Part shown: piece after piece, positions 21,402 to 31,949 of the stretch
How positions within the stretch are numbered: position 1 is the stretch's first letter
Layout of the letters: the number at the start of each line of letters is the position of its first letter
Source: Acidobacteriota bacterium
GTDB taxonomy: Bacteria > Acidobacteriota > UBA890 > WLXD01
Reading direction: 5' to 3'
Assembly: GCA_965205505.1 (NCBI GenBank)
Contig: CBDBHB010000009.1
Location: forward strand, 416,001 to 480,000
Length of the DNA: 64,000 nucleotides
Translations under genes and position numbers: made by a program
Notes under the pieces: model-generated
The model's input: the letters and a program-made list of their open reading frames with translations, nothing else
Told to the model about the DNA's origin: nothing
Databases searched by the model: none

Positions 21402-24400
21402 CTACTGCGACCGGCTCGGTTGATCACCGTGCCAATAGAGCGGCCCGAGCGGCCGCTCCCTGGGCCATTGCTCGTCGAGCGTGTCAGCATCGTACAGCCG
21501 ACCGCCCTTGATCACGTAGCGCAGTGATGTGGTGTTGCGCAGATCGTCGAGCGGATCGGCGTTGAGCACGAGCATGTCGGCGAGCTTGCCGGCGGTGATC
21601 GAGCCGAGATCGTTGCCGAAGCCGATGCCTTCGGCACCATGCAGTGTGGCGGCGCGAAGAACGTCGAGCGCCGGCATGCCACCGGCGCCGAGGTTCCACA
21701 TCTCCCAGTGGAACGAGATGCCCTGCATCTCGCCGTGGCTTCCGGCGGTGACCTTGCCCCCGGCCACGACGATCGTGGCCACGTCCTTGGAGTGCTCCAG
21801 CCAGTAGAACTCCTCGTCGTGAAACCATTCGACCCGCCGGGTACGGTCGTCGAGTATCTCGTGTGGCGTGAATCGTCGCACCTTGGGGTCGTCGTGCACG
21901 TCGGTACGAGTCCACCAGTAGTAGATCGAACGCGGCCCGGTGCCCACCACCAATGTGGGGTCATAGTAGATACCCGACTGCACCAGCAGTTGCACCACGT
22001 CGGGCGCCAGGGGGAAGTGGGGCAGCACGTGCTCGAGCGAGTATCCGTCGATGACCTGGGTGATCATCGTCTTCATGTCGACGCCCTCGGTGGTTGGTGT
22101 AAGGTGGAACTCGCGCGCCGCGATGGCCATCCACTGACGTACCGTGCGGTCGCCCGTCAGGTATTGCTTGATCGTGTGGTGACCGTAGTAATCGCGATAG
22201 CGTCGCATCAGGTCACGCGCATCCTGCAGCGAGCCGATGTGGACGTCGGGGTACATCGCTCGACCGGTGGAGAAGGTGCGCGGCCCCACCATCGCGCCGA
22301 TCTCGACCAGATCGCTGTAGGTCATCACGTCGATGGCGTCTGCCGCATTGCGTGTGGTGGTGACGCCGTGGGCCAGGTAGTTGAGGTAGTCCCAGGCTGT
22401 GTTCCGGTGCATGCCGCGGGCGGCGCGCAGGTGCGCGTGCAGGTCGACGAACCCTGGAAGCAGCGTTGCGCCGCTGATGTCGATCTCGCGGGCACCGTCG
22501 GGGGTGGCCACCTCGACGGAGCGTGCGACCTGGGTGATCCGCTCATCGACGATCACTACGGCACCGTCGTCGATGACGCTGTCGCCGGCGCGCGCCGGAT
22601 CCATTGTCAAGATCCGGGCGCCGCGCAGCACCAAGGTGCCCTCGGCGCGATCACGCGGCAGCTCGATCTCGATGCGACGCTCGCTCGGTGCCGAGTCTGT
22701 GGCCTCCACCTGGCGCCCGAAGACGGCGTTGCCGAGCGACCACGTCTCGACGTCGCCTCGCGGGCTCCACGCGAAGAAGTCGACGCCGAGCTCATCGAGC
22801 CGCCTGACGCCGGAGCCCGGCGGCGGCTCTGCCACCGACAGTGTTGCAGGGGTGTCGCCGGCCGGAATCGGCACATACAACAGCCGCATGTCCGCGAGTA
22901 CCAGCGCGGCGTCGCCAACGGGTCCCATGACGATCGCGTCGACTGCTCGGGGTCCGCCCGGACCGAGAGGCTCGCGCCAGCCGGTGATCGCGAGATGTGT
23001 CCGCCTGTCGGATCCGTCGAGCGCCAACGAGAAGAGCCCCTCGGCGGGGTCATATGCATAGAAGCGGTCGTCGCGGTCGGCGAAGTGCGCTCGCCCGCCG
23101 CGGGCGGCCGCCACCAGGGTCCGCGGCCCCCCCGCGGCGGGTATCCGCACCCATTCGAGATTGTCGCCGCGCTGCTGCCAGGGACCGCGCGTGACGAGGA
23201 TCTCACGGTCTCCGGGCACCCACACGGGCTCGGTGTAGTAGCCGGCTTGCCGGCTGATGCGGCGAAGATCGCTGCCGTCAGCCGCCACGCGGTACAGATG
23301 ACCGCCCTCGAGGTCGGACCAGGTGACGAAAGCCAACGCCGAGCCGTCGTGGCTCCAGGCCGGCATCGCCTGCAGCGGGTCGGTCGGCACCCCGTCCATC
23401 GGCGCGACGGCCGAGACCTCCCCGCTGCCGATGTCCTGCACCCACAGCCTGTGCACCGCAGCGAATGCCAGCTTCGAGCCGTCGGGTGACAGTGTCGGCC
23501 AGCGAATGGATCGCACCACCAGCGGTTCGCGCGAGATCGGTGTCTCAAAGTGGATCAACGGTCCGATCGGCAGCGAGATATCGGCGGTGAAGTCGATCGC
23601 TGATTGCTTGCCATTCGCCAGGTCGATGCGGTGCGGCTTGCCGTTGATCGCCGCGATGATGGCCGAGCTATCGGGGAGGAACGCGAAGCCGGGCATGTGA
23701 TCCGACGAGGTGCCCATCCAGTTGTTTTCCTGCAAGTCGTGCTGCACCGGAAAGGCAAGCCAGCGCTCGGTCTCCGCCCGTAGATCGCGCATTCGGTAGC
23801 CCGTCTGGCTGTCCTGGCGGGACGCATAGACCATCCAGCGGCCGTCCGGTGAGATCGCCGGCCGCACCGCACCGCCGGCGGGCGCGGTGATTGGGACAAC
23901 AGCACCGGTGGCCGGGTCGAAGCGATCGATACGGTGGCCGTAGGGGTCGTTGCTTCGTGGTGGACGGTGCGACAAGTACAGCGCTCCGTCGGGGCCGAAC
24001 ACCGCCCCCATGCCGTAGATCGGCTGACCATCAACCAGCAACTGCGTTCCCGGACCTTCCGTCGACGGATAGCTCCATACGGTGTGCATCACGTCGATCC
24101 AGGTGAAGCGATCGGTGCGCGAGGCGACGATGGTGGTACCGTCCGGGCTCCATTCTGGTGAGGCGTACGTCGCATCGCGACCGGCGGTCAAGGCGCGCAG
24201 GCCGGATGCTGCCGATTCCGGCGTGTCGTCGTCGATCATCCGGCCGACTTCCAACGTCCACAGGTTCTCGGATCCGCTGCGATCACTGGTAAAAACAATC
24301 CGACGGCTGTCGGGCGAGAAGCCTGGCTGGGTGTCGAGGGCCATGCCGGAGGTGATGCGCTGTGCGCGGCCACCCGAGATCGGCATCAGGTACAGGTCGC

Positions 24401-24644
24401 CGAGGGCTGCGAAGACGATTGTGTCGCCGTCAGGGGAGACATCCAGCGACATCCAGGTGACGGCGTTGGTGGTCAGCTCGACGGTGCGGGTGGGCTCCAG
24501 CGGCAGTCGCGCACCGAAGCCATGCTGCGGGGGCGCTGCCGCCCGGCCCTCCAGGGCTCCAATACCAAGCGACAACATCACCAACGCGCCGAGCACGGCG
24601 ATCCAGTGGCAGTGCTTCACGGCTTGTTTCCGATCCGGGCTCAC
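21402..24644 (-). CDS. Amidohydrolase with N-terminal WD40/PD40 (TolB-like) repeats
   Basis: WMSLDVSPDG and repeated P-x-(F/W)SPDG; PGFVDLHAH metal motif; GSITAGKLAD. Confidence 0.92.
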   Translation of the reverse strand: MSPDRKQAVKHCHWIAVLGALVMLSLGIGALEGRAAAPPQHGFGARLPLEPTRTVELTTNAVTWMSLDVSPDGDTIVFAALGDLYLMPISGGRAQRITSGMALDTQPGFSPDSRRIVFTSDRSGSENLWTLEVGRMIDDDTPESAASGLRALTAGRDATYASPEWSPDGTTIVASRTDRFTWIDVMHTVWSYPSTEGPGTQLLVDGQPIYGMGAVFGPDGALYLSHRPPRSNDPYGHRIDRFDPATGAVVPITAPAGGAVRPAISPDGRWMVYASRQDSQTGYRMRDLRAETERWLAFPVQHDLQENNWMGTSSDHMPGFAFLPDSSAIIAAINGKPHRIDLANGKQSAIDFTADISLPIGPLIHFETPISREPLVVRSIRWPTLSPDGSKLAFAAVHRLWVQDIGSGEVSAVAPMDGVPTDPLQAMPAWSHDGSALAFVTWSDLEGGHLYRVAADGSDLRRISRQAGYYTEPVWVPGDREILVTRGPWQQRGDNLEWVRIPAAGGPRTLVAAARGGRAHFADRDDRFYAYDPAEGLFSLALDGSDRRTHLAITGWREPLGPGGPRAVDAIVMGPVGDAALVLADMRLLYVPIPAGDTPATLSVAEPPPGSGVRRLDELGVDFFAWSPRGDVETWSLGNAVFGRQVEATDSAPSERRIEIELPRDRAEGTLVLRGARILTMDPARAGDSVIDDGAVVIVDERITQVARSVEVATPDGAREIDISGATLLPGFVDLHAHLRAARGMHRNTAWDYLNYLAHGVTTTRNAADAIDVMTYSDLVEIGAMVGPRTFSTGRAMYPDVHIGSLQDARDLMRRYRDYYGHHTIKQYLTGDRTVRQWMAIAAREFHLTPTTEGVDMKTMITQVIDGYSLEHVLPHFPLAPDVVQLLVQSGIYYDPTLVVGTGPRSIYYWWTRTDVHDDPKVRRFTPHEILDDRTRRVEWFHDEEFYWLEHSKDVATIVVAGGKVTAGSHGEMQGISFHWEMWNLGAGGMPALDVLRAATLHGAEGIGFGNDLGSITAGKLADMLVLNADPLDDLRNTTSLRYVIKGGRLYDADTLDEQWPRERPLGPLYWHGDQPSRSQ

Positions 24645-25894
24645 GTGAGATCGATCACGTGATCGGCGAACTCCAGGCGCTCGATGCTCAGCAATACATC
24701 ATTGCCGTCGCGGTCGATGCGCCCGTCGATCACGCGCACAGCACCGCCGCTACGGATCACCTCGTAGTCGGCGGCGTTCCCGACGAAGGTCGCAGTGTTC
24801 GAGCCATCGCCACCGTCGATCAGGTCGTCGCCGCCGTTGCCGCGCAGGGAGTTGTCGCCGGCATTGCCGGTGAGCGCGTTACCCTAGCCGTTGCCGACGA
24901 GATTGGCGTCGTTATCGCCGGTCAGGGTGACGTCGCGTAGGTGTTGCGACTTGGTGGTGTAGCGCAGGCTCGGGTCCATGGTGAGCGAGAAGGTGCCGTC
25001 GAAGCCCCCCGGCAGGCGTGGGTTGTAGGTCAGGAACGGCGGAAAGAACTCCTGCACGATCGCCAAGCCCTTCGGGTCCGTCGCGCGCATGCCCTCGCGG
25101 CCGCGGGCGCCGTAGCGTCCGAAGTGCGTGTGTCCGGCGGGGATGCTGTTGTCCTCGATCGGCCGGCCCTCATACACCGTTGGCAATACAGTCCACAGAT
25201 CGAGGTAGTTGTCGTTGATCACGCCGAGGTACTCGTTGGGGTGGTTCTCAACCTCGTCGTCGGGCCAGCCGCGCCAGATTCCGCGCGCCGTGGCCTCGGC
25301 GTCGATCTCGCGCAGGGCGTCCTGCATCTGCGGCAGGGCGGGCTTGATGCCGTAGTCGTGTACCAGGTGGATGATCTCCTCGAACGAGGCATCTCGCGTG
25401 CGGTGCGCCATGTAGTCCTCGTCGCCCTCGACCGGACACTCGTTGGCGCGCAGGTCCTGCATGCTGAGATCGGCGCTGCGCAGGTCGGTGTTCGCGAAGG
25501 CGGCGCGCAGCTCGGGCTCGGTGTTGAACAGCACCATGGTGGCCTTGCGATCCGACATCGAGTTGGCCACGACGCTCTTGTCGGCGCCGTAACGGGAGCC
25601 CGGCACGTCGGTGAGCACGTGCTGCATCACGTTGCGCGCCTTGAGAATGCGGTCATCGCTCCAGCCGTCCTGCGCCAGGAAGTGGATCGGCTTGCCGTTG
25701 GGCGCGATGAGCTTGGTGTACTTGACGAAGACCTCACGGAAGACGGCCGGGACATCGGCAGGCAGCTCGACGATGCCGTTCGGCGAGCCCGAAGTGTCGA
25801 TGTCCGGAAGCGTGAGGGCGGACTGGGGGCTGACCGGCGCTGGTGCGCACGCCAGAACCACGACCATCAGCAACAGCCTCGGCAGGAATCTCAT
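24641..25894 (-). CDS. Exported EExxH-family protein with RTX-like calcium-binding tail, interrupted by in-frame TAG at 24884-24886
   Basis: Signal peptide; RDASFEEIIHLVHDYG; frame continues past the TAG as GNALTGNAGDNSLRGNGGDDLIDGGDG...IERLEFAD to a TGA overlapping the next GTG start. Confidence 0.75.
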
Positions 25895-25907
25895 CGCCTC
25901 TCTCCTG

Positions 25908-27338
25908 TCAGTGAATCAGCAGAATGCGCTCGTTCGGCGGGTACAGGTACTCGACGCCGCGGTTGGTGACGACGTGGTTGCCCTCGATGTTGAGCGACAC
26001 CGGGAAGCCAGGGCGCTCGGGCAGGTTGGTGTGCACCATGTACTCGAACGAGAAGATGTGGTTTTCCTGGATCATCAGGTGGTCGCGATCCGACCGGAAC
26101 GGTGCTACCGAGGGGCCGACGGTCACCAGGCTGCCACCGTTGTTGCCCTGGCTGTGGAGGTCGATGGAGAAGCCCGACTGGTCGGTGTCTGCCAGCATCC
26201 GCTGGACCAGCTTGTAGTCTTCCGTGCCGATGTCGATGAACGGGGTATAGATGTACTCCACTTCCTCGAGCGCCTGGACGATGGCGGCGAGCGTTTGACC
26301 CGCCGTCCTGCCGATGCGGATATTGGCCCGGATGAGCTCCCGAGCGTGGATCGCCTGGTCGAAGGCGTGCTGAATGCTGTCGGGAACGCCGGTCTCGCCC
26401 TCCTGCAGCAGATAGGCGTTGCGCTTGTAGTCGGTGACGAAGTAGTCGAGGTAGCGCACCCCGATGTCGTAGGTGAGGAAGTCGCCGCGCTGGATAACGT
26501 AGTCGTTGTGGTGGATCCACCAGCGCACATCCGGCGGATCGATGGGCTCGGACTTGGCCGAGTAGAGAATCCTCGGGATGCTCACCCCGGTTGAGGTGCC
26601 GTGGTTGAGGCCGCGGCGGAACATCTCCTCGCGCACCCACCAGCCGATCTCGCCCAGGGTGGTTTGCCCCGGCGTGATGACCTCGCGTGAGAGCGCGCGC
26701 TCGAGGATCTCTCGATGTGCCTCGAGCGCGTTGGCGAACGCGACGAGCTCGCGCTGTACACGCCGCCTGCGGAAGTCGGTGATCACGTTCTCGGCCGAGA
26801 CGATGCGCGAGGAGTACTCCGGACCGAGGATGCGCTCGAGCTTCACATAGTCGGAGTGGGAGATCCCATCGGCGATGGCCAGCCAATCCGACGTGTTGAC
26901 GGCGATCCTCTGCGGGTCGCGCTCTGCCACGAACTGGCGCAGCTCGTCGTAGACGCCGGGATCCTGATTGCCGTAGTGGTAACCCTCGACGGCGCGAGCG
27001 AGCTCGTTGGAGCCAAAGATGTCGAACAGCTCCGGGTGCCCGCCGCCGCCGAGAACGGCGCGCTCGATGCGGCTGCCGCCGCGGTCGGTGAAGATCAGAT
27101 AGCCGGAGGCGGACCCGAAGTGCACCGACATAGGGTCGGGGTTGCCGGAGCGCACGACGTGGATCCACATGTCGACGTTGTTGTCGCGCATGGCTCCGGG
27201 CAGGATGAGGTCGAGCTTTTCGCGCCGGATCAGGTGCAGGATCTCCGCGCGTGACTTAGCGGTCTGGTTGGCGATCTGCGCTTGCGAGAAGGTCGGCAGC
27301 GAGATGGCGAGTAGGACCAGGATTGTGCGTAGCTTCAT
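25908..27338 (-). CDS. M24 family metallopeptidase (Xaa-Pro aminopeptidase-like), exported
   Basis: Metal ligands D, D (YDIG...TDYKR), H (DLHSQG), E (SFEY), E (NIEG); signal peptide. Confidence 0.88.
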   Translation of the reverse strand: MKLRTILVLLAISLPTFSQAQIANQTAKSRAEILHLIRREKLDLILPGAMRDNNVDMWIHVVRSGNPDPMSVHFGSASGYLIFTDRGGSRIERAVLGGGGHPELFDIFGSNELARAVEGYHYGNQDPGVYDELRQFVAERDPQRIAVNTSDWLAIADGISHSDYVKLERILGPEYSSRIVSAENVITDFRRRRVQRELVAFANALEAHREILERALSREVITPGQTTLGEIGWWVREEMFRRGLNHGTSTGVSIPRILYSAKSEPIDPPDVRWWIHHNDYVIQRGDFLTYDIGVRYLDYFVTDYKRNAYLLQEGETGVPDSIQHAFDQAIHARELIRANIRIGRTAGQTLAAIVQALEEVEYIYTPFIDIGTEDYKLVQRMLADTDQSGFSIDLHSQGNNGGSLVTVGPSVAPFRSDRDHLMIQENHIFSFEYMVHTNLPERPGFPVSLNIEGNHVVTNRGVEYLYPPNERILLIH

Positions 27339-27388
27339 GGCGTGGGCTCGCTTGTTCCAGGGTGGGCCGGAGGGGCGATTGGACGACG

Positions 27389-28933
27389 TTACCAGGGTCT
27401 TGGCGCGACACGCGGCAGCTTCTCGTCGCGCATGGCGGCGTGGTACACGAAGGTAGCCAGGATCACGGTGTTGGCCATCAGGTGCTCTTCCACCAGTCGG
27501 TCGTAGACGTCCATGTTGGAGTGCGTGTGGGCATCGCCGTCGAGGTCGTCCTGAACGAAGTAGTAGCCCGGCAGGCCGACCTCTTCGTAGGCCTCGTGCT
27601 GCATGCCGGTGGTGAACAGGTGGGACATGCCGAGGCCGCCCAGTGGTTTCATCCACTGGCTGAAGATCGATCGGATGACCTCATTGCCCATGATCGAGAC
27701 GCCGCGGATTCTGCCGCTACCGTGATCGACGTTGAAGTAGGCCGAGAGATTGTCGTAGTCGGCTTTGTACTGGCGTGTCTTGACGTCGGCGAAGTTGGCG
27801 GCGACGTGGGCGCGGTTTCCGAAGACACCCATCTCGTGGCCGCCCCAGAGGCCGACGCGCACGGTGCGTTGCGGCTGGATCCCCAGTTCCTGGAAGATGC
27901 GCATGACCTCCATCGACACCACGACCCCGGCGGCGTCGTCGGTCGCGCCTGTGCCCGCCGGATTCGCTTGCAGGTGGCCGCCCAGCAGCACAAGCTCGTC
28001 GGCCAGATCCGTGCCTGGAATCTCGGCGACAACGTTGTAGTCGAGGGTGTCCTCGTCGGTGAAGCGCACGCGGAGATCCAGCTCGATCTCGACGGCGATG
28101 CCCTTTTCGAGGATGCGGAGGATGCGGTTGTAGTGCTCGGCGGCCATGAATAGCTCCGTGTGCGGGGGCGGCGCATCGGGCTCCCATGGCCGTGTTTCGA
28201 GCGTGTAGCCAGTGTTGGAGACGGTCACGGTGCCGTAATCGCCTCGGCCGTCGGTACGGACGATGGCAAGGGCGCCCTCGCTGACAACGAAGTCGATGAT
28301 CTGCCGCCGGCCGAGCCGGCCTGAATCGCGTCTCCGGTTGCGCCGCTCGGGTGTCGGGCCGATCGGGATGCGTGCCATCTCGTCGAGCTGCGCGTCGGTG
28401 AAGATGGTCGAGCGGGGCGTGAACTGCGTCGGGAGCTGTTGCGCCGGATGCGTAAGCACGATGGCGTTGTGCAGCTTTCCACGGTAGCGCTCTAGGTCGG
28501 CTTCCGACTCGATCGAGCCGAAGTCCAGGTAGACGGCAGTGCCGACTACTCGGCCATCGGTGCCGGCCGACCAGGTTGCCGGATAGGCGATGATCGGCAT
28601 GTATTGCGGCGTCATCATGTGCACCGAGATGTACTCGTTCACGTAGCCGCTACCAAACTCGTACGGTTCCAAGGCGGCGTTCGGCAGGCCGTACTGGATG
28701 AGGCGGTCGCGCGCCCACTCGGCCGCTGAGATGTACGACGGCGATTTGGCATTGCGTGGCCCGAACACATCCGTGAGCCAGCTGGCATTCTCCATGAGAT
28801 CGGAGTGCTCGAAGGCCTCCTGCATTATCGCGTCGACGACGTCCCAGTGGACGGGTTCCTGGGTCGACATGGCCGGAAGTGCGGCGACCCCCAGGAGCAC
28901 GACGCCGAGGCTGGCTCGAACCACCGTGCTCAT
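27389..28933 (-). CDS. M28/M20-clan metallopeptidase (carboxypeptidase Q-like), exported
   Basis: LTDVFGPR, AAEHYNRI, NVVAEIPG, GGHLQ...GATDDAAG, WGGHEMG, HSNMDVYD. Confidence 0.88.
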   Translation of the reverse strand: MSTVVRASLGVVLLGVAALPAMSTQEPVHWDVVDAIMQEAFEHSDLMENASWLTDVFGPRNAKSPSYISAAEWARDRLIQYGLPNAALEPYEFGSGYVNEYISVHMMTPQYMPIIAYPATWSAGTDGRVVGTAVYLDFGSIESEADLERYRGKLHNAIVLTHPAQQLPTQFTPRSTIFTDAQLDEMARIPIGPTPERRNRRRDSGRLGRRQIIDFVVSEGALAIVRTDGRGDYGTVTVSNTGYTLETRPWEPDAPPPHTELFMAAEHYNRILRILEKGIAVEIELDLRVRFTDEDTLDYNVVAEIPGTDLADELVLLGGHLQANPAGTGATDDAAGVVVSMEVMRIFQELGIQPQRTVRVGLWGGHEMGVFGNRAHVAANFADVKTRQYKADYDNLSAYFNVDHGSGRIRGVSIMGNEVIRSIFSQWMKPLGGLGMSHLFTTGMQHEAYEEVGLPGYYFVQDDLDGDAHTHSNMDVYDRLVEEHLMANTVILATFVYHAAMRDEKLPRVAPRPW

Positions 28934-28956
28934 GGACCCTCCGGCGCAGGATCGGC

Positions 28957-29871
28957 TCATCGCCACGTCGGCGCTGCACCGGGGCCGACCGGGGTCGCTG
29001 CCCTCGTAGCCAGGTCGATCAGATAGAGTGCCGGCCCATCGTCCGTGCTCACCGTGAGCAGGATCTGCTGGCCGTCGGGAGACCACTCCGGGTACGCGTC
29101 GCCGAACATCAGGCCGTCGGTGAGCTGTTGCTTGTCGTCGCCGCTGGCCTGCATGACCCAGAGGTGCTTTTGCTCCTCTCCTCCCGAGGCCCAGGCAATC
29201 CGCGTGCCGTCGGGCGAGAACGAGGGCCACTCGTCGAGCCCCGAGTTATCGGTCAGGCGCACGGTGGCGCCGGTCTCCAGGTCGTGACGGTAGATCTCCG
29301 GGTTGCCGTCGCGCCCCGACTCGAAGGTGATCGCGTCGCCCGCGGGAGACCAGCGCGCGTAGGCATCGGCGTCGCTGCCCGTTTCGATTCGCGTTCGGTC
29401 GTTCGATGCGAGGTCTTGGCCGAACAACCCGCGGCCGCCCTTTTCCAGCGCGATGGTGAGCAGTATGGTCGAGCCGTCGGGCGAGAAGTGCACCGGGTTA
29501 GCCATGCCAGCGATGAGTTCCGTGACCATCCCCGACTCGGCATCAAGGGCCATGAGAGCGACGCCGGCGACCGACTCGCCGAGAAACATCAGGCGCTCAC
29601 CGCCCGGTACCCAGGCTGCGTATCCAGCGTAGCCCATCGGCTCGGTGAGCTGCTCGGCGGCTCCGCTCTCCAGATCGAGGCCGAACAAGGTGCTACCGTT
29701 GGCGACCTCACGAGACACGACGATCCGAAAGTCGCGTGCCAAGGCCCTATCGCCACTGGACGCGTCGGCGCCCGGCATCGGCGGATCCGCGAGCGTGACG
29801 GCCTCTCGAGCGTCGCCACAGGCGACCGCGGCGGTGCTGAGCAAGGCCACCGCGGCGCGACCGAGCATCAA
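28957..29871 (-). CDS. TolB-like PD40 repeat lipoprotein
   Basis: Repeated (F/W)SPDG, SGRDGNPEIY; AVAC lipobox. Confidence 0.85.
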   Translation of the reverse strand: MMLGRAAVALLSTAAVACGDAREAVTLADPPMPGADASSGDRALARDFRIVVSREVANGSTLFGLDLESGAAEQLTEPMGYAGYAAWVPGGERLMFLGESVAGVALMALDAESGMVTELIAGMANPVHFSPDGSTILLTIALEKGGRGLFGQDLASNDRTRIETGSDADAYARWSPAGDAITFESGRDGNPEIYRHDLETGATVRLTDNSGLDEWPSFSPDGTRIAWASGGEEQKHLWVMQASGDDKQQLTDGLMFGDAYPEWSPDGQQILLTVSTDDGPALYLIDLATRAATPVGPGAAPTWR

Positions 29872-30788
29872 TCCTGTGCCTCTTCTGCCCTTGTGGGCCC
29901 GATGGCGCGCAACGTCTCCAGGCTCGGGGAGACCATTACACGGCCGGCGGTGCGCTCATACATGGCGTATAGCTCGGGCATCTTGGCCTGCAGATCGACG
30001 GCATCGGTGATCGTCCACTCGTCGCCGCCCTGCGGGCCATAGTCCGCCTGCAGGTTCCAGGCGGTGGAGAGCACCCAGTAGGCGAACTCCTGTATGGCGA
30101 CCCGGAACCGCACTTCATCCTCGTCGATGTCGTCGTAGGAGCCGATGTCGTAGTAGCCGGCCGCCACGGCGCGATCCATCGCCTGGGCGAGCTCGGAGTC
30201 AGGGGAGATGCCCCATTCTGCCGGGAAGGCGAAGTGCAGCCCGACGTCGCTGACGTAGTGGAGGATGTGCTCGACGACCTCCATGACCTGTCCGTCGTCG
30301 ACCTCCATGATGATGTCGCATACGCTGTTCTGGCTGCGCACTGGGTCGAAGTGGCGGTCGAACTGCTCGTCTCGCTCCGGCTGTCCCACGAAGAACGGGA
30401 TGACCGCCCTGTGCTCGTACATGCTGCGCATCACACGCTGTTGGGCCGCCAGATCGAGGCCCTCGTCGGCTGGAAAGCTCTCGGTGACGGCATCCGCCAC
30501 CAGCTGCATGAACGGATCGGAGACGCTCGCATCGCCGATGAGCGTGAGCCCGTAAACGGTGAGCTCCTTGGTGAACGGCGGGTAGGTATCGCTGGTGGTG
30601 ATGTCGGTGCGGGTGTACAGGTCGTCTGGCACCGCTCCCAGTGGCGCGACGAGGATACAGCCGCCGAGAAGTCCGCTGGCGTCGGCGTTCTCCGGGGTGT
30701 CTTCTGCGGCCGGCGCCGGATCATCGGTTGGCGCTCCTCCGCAGGCAGCGAGAAACGTGAGCAGGACAGGTATGGTTAACGTCCGCAT
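29868..30788 (-). CDS. Uncharacterised lipoprotein, EExxH-family paralog
   Basis: LAAC lipobox; EVVEHILHYVSDVG, LAQAMDRA, QEFAYW. Confidence 0.75.
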   Translation of the reverse strand: MRTLTIPVLLTFLAACGGAPTDDPAPAAEDTPENADASGLLGGCILVAPLGAVPDDLYTRTDITTSDTYPPFTKELTVYGLTLIGDASVSDPFMQLVADAVTESFPADEGLDLAAQQRVMRSMYEHRAVIPFFVGQPERDEQFDRHFDPVRSQNSVCDIIMEVDDGQVMEVVEHILHYVSDVGLHFAFPAEWGISPDSELAQAMDRAVAAGYYDIGSYDDIDEDEVRFRVAIQEFAYWVLSTAWNLQADYGPQGGDEWTITDAVDLQAKMPELYAMYERTAGRVMVSPSLETLRAIGPTRAEEAQD

Positions 30789-30831
30789 GGAATCCTCCTA
30801 ACGGTGAAGAGATCGCAGAGGGCAGGGGTCG

Positions 30832-31851
30832 GTGAGCCAAGCATCGGTAGGGCGAAAGGAGATCGAGGAGGCCCATGCGCGCATCGCGCCGTACATCCAC
30901 CGCACGCCGGTGATGACGAGCTCGACGCTGGATCGGCGTTTCGGGGCCAGCTGTTTCTTCAAGTGCGAGAACTTCCAGAAGACCGGTGCGTTCAAGATTC
31001 GCGGCGCCTTCAACGCCGTCTTGTCGCTGACCGACGAGGAGGCGGCGCGCGGCATCGTTACCAGCTCCTCGGGCAACCACGCCGCGGCGGTGTCGCTGGC
31101 GGCGCGAACGCGCGGCATGCAGGCGCACATCGCCATGCCGAAGGTGGCGGTACGTTCCAAGGTGGCCGCCGTGCGGCGATACGGCGGCAACATTGTCTGG
31201 GTGGAAGGGAAGGGCGACATTCCCACCGCCGAGGAGTTCGACGCCACCGCCGCTGAAATCCAGGATTGTCTCGGCGCCAGCTCCGTGCACCCGTACGACG
31301 ACCTGCGGACTATCGCCGGGCAGGGCACCTGTGCCGTCGAGCTGCTCGCGGACGTGCCCGATCTCGACCTCGTGCTCGCCCCCGTCGGTGGCGGAGGCCT
31401 TCTCGGCGGCACGTGTATCGCGGCGGTGACGCGCGATCCGGCCGTCGCGGTTATCGGCTGTGAGCCGGAGTGCGCCGATGATGCTTTGCAGTCGTTGCGC
31501 CTGGGGACGATTGTGCCGCAGACCGATCCACGCACTCGTGCCGACGGGTTGCGCACCTCCCTCGGTGAGCGCAACTTCGCGATCATCGCTGAGCACGTTA
31601 CAGACATCGTCACCGTTTCGGAGGCCGGTATTCTCGCCGCCATGCGCCTGGTGTGGGAGACCATGAAGATCATCATCGAGCCGAGCGCTGCGGTACCGGT
31701 CGCGGTGCTTCTGGAGCGCCGTATCGAACCGGGGAGACGTCGAGTCGGATTGATCCTGAGCGGTGGCAACATCGATCTCGAGTCGTTGCCGCCCTGGTCG
31801 GAGATCGACATGGCGGCGTTCGAGGGTGCTGGGCCCGAGGCGACTCCCTGA
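30832..31851 (+). CDS. PLP-dependent serine racemase / serine-threonine dehydratase
   Basis: FKCENFQKTGAFKIRGA, SSGNHA, PVGGGGL, EPSAA, LSGGNID. Confidence 0.92.
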   Translation: MSQASVGRKEIEEAHARIAPYIHRTPVMTSSTLDRRFGASCFFKCENFQKTGAFKIRGAFNAVLSLTDEEAARGIVTSSSGNHAAAVSLAARTRGMQAHIAMPKVAVRSKVAAVRRYGGNIVWVEGKGDIPTAEEFDATAAEIQDCLGASSVHPYDDLRTIAGQGTCAVELLADVPDLDLVLAPVGGGGLLGGTCIAAVTRDPAVAVIGCEPECADDALQSLRLGTIVPQTDPRTRADGLRTSLGERNFAIIAEHVTDIVTVSEAGILAAMRLVWETMKIIIEPSAAVPVAVLLERRIEPGRRRVGLILSGGNIDLESLPPWSEIDMAAFEGAGPEATP

Positions 31852-31866
31852 CGAACCCGTCAAGAT

Positions 31867-31949
31867 TCAGCGCTCCTCGTAGATCTCGGGCGCATAGTCC
31901 ATCGGCGACCATTCTTCGGTGGGGAAGTAACGGCTGATGATTTCGTAGA
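31867..31949 (-). pseudogene. 3' remnant of a gene cut at the MITE edge
   Basis: YEIISRYFPTEEWSPMDYAPEIYEER* with host-like codons, beginning exactly at the MITE terminus. Confidence 0.5.

Noticed and set aside
24884-24886. Genome-wide amber recoding or pyrrolysine
   Set aside because: TAG ends several genes at their expected C-termini; no pyl genes in the window.
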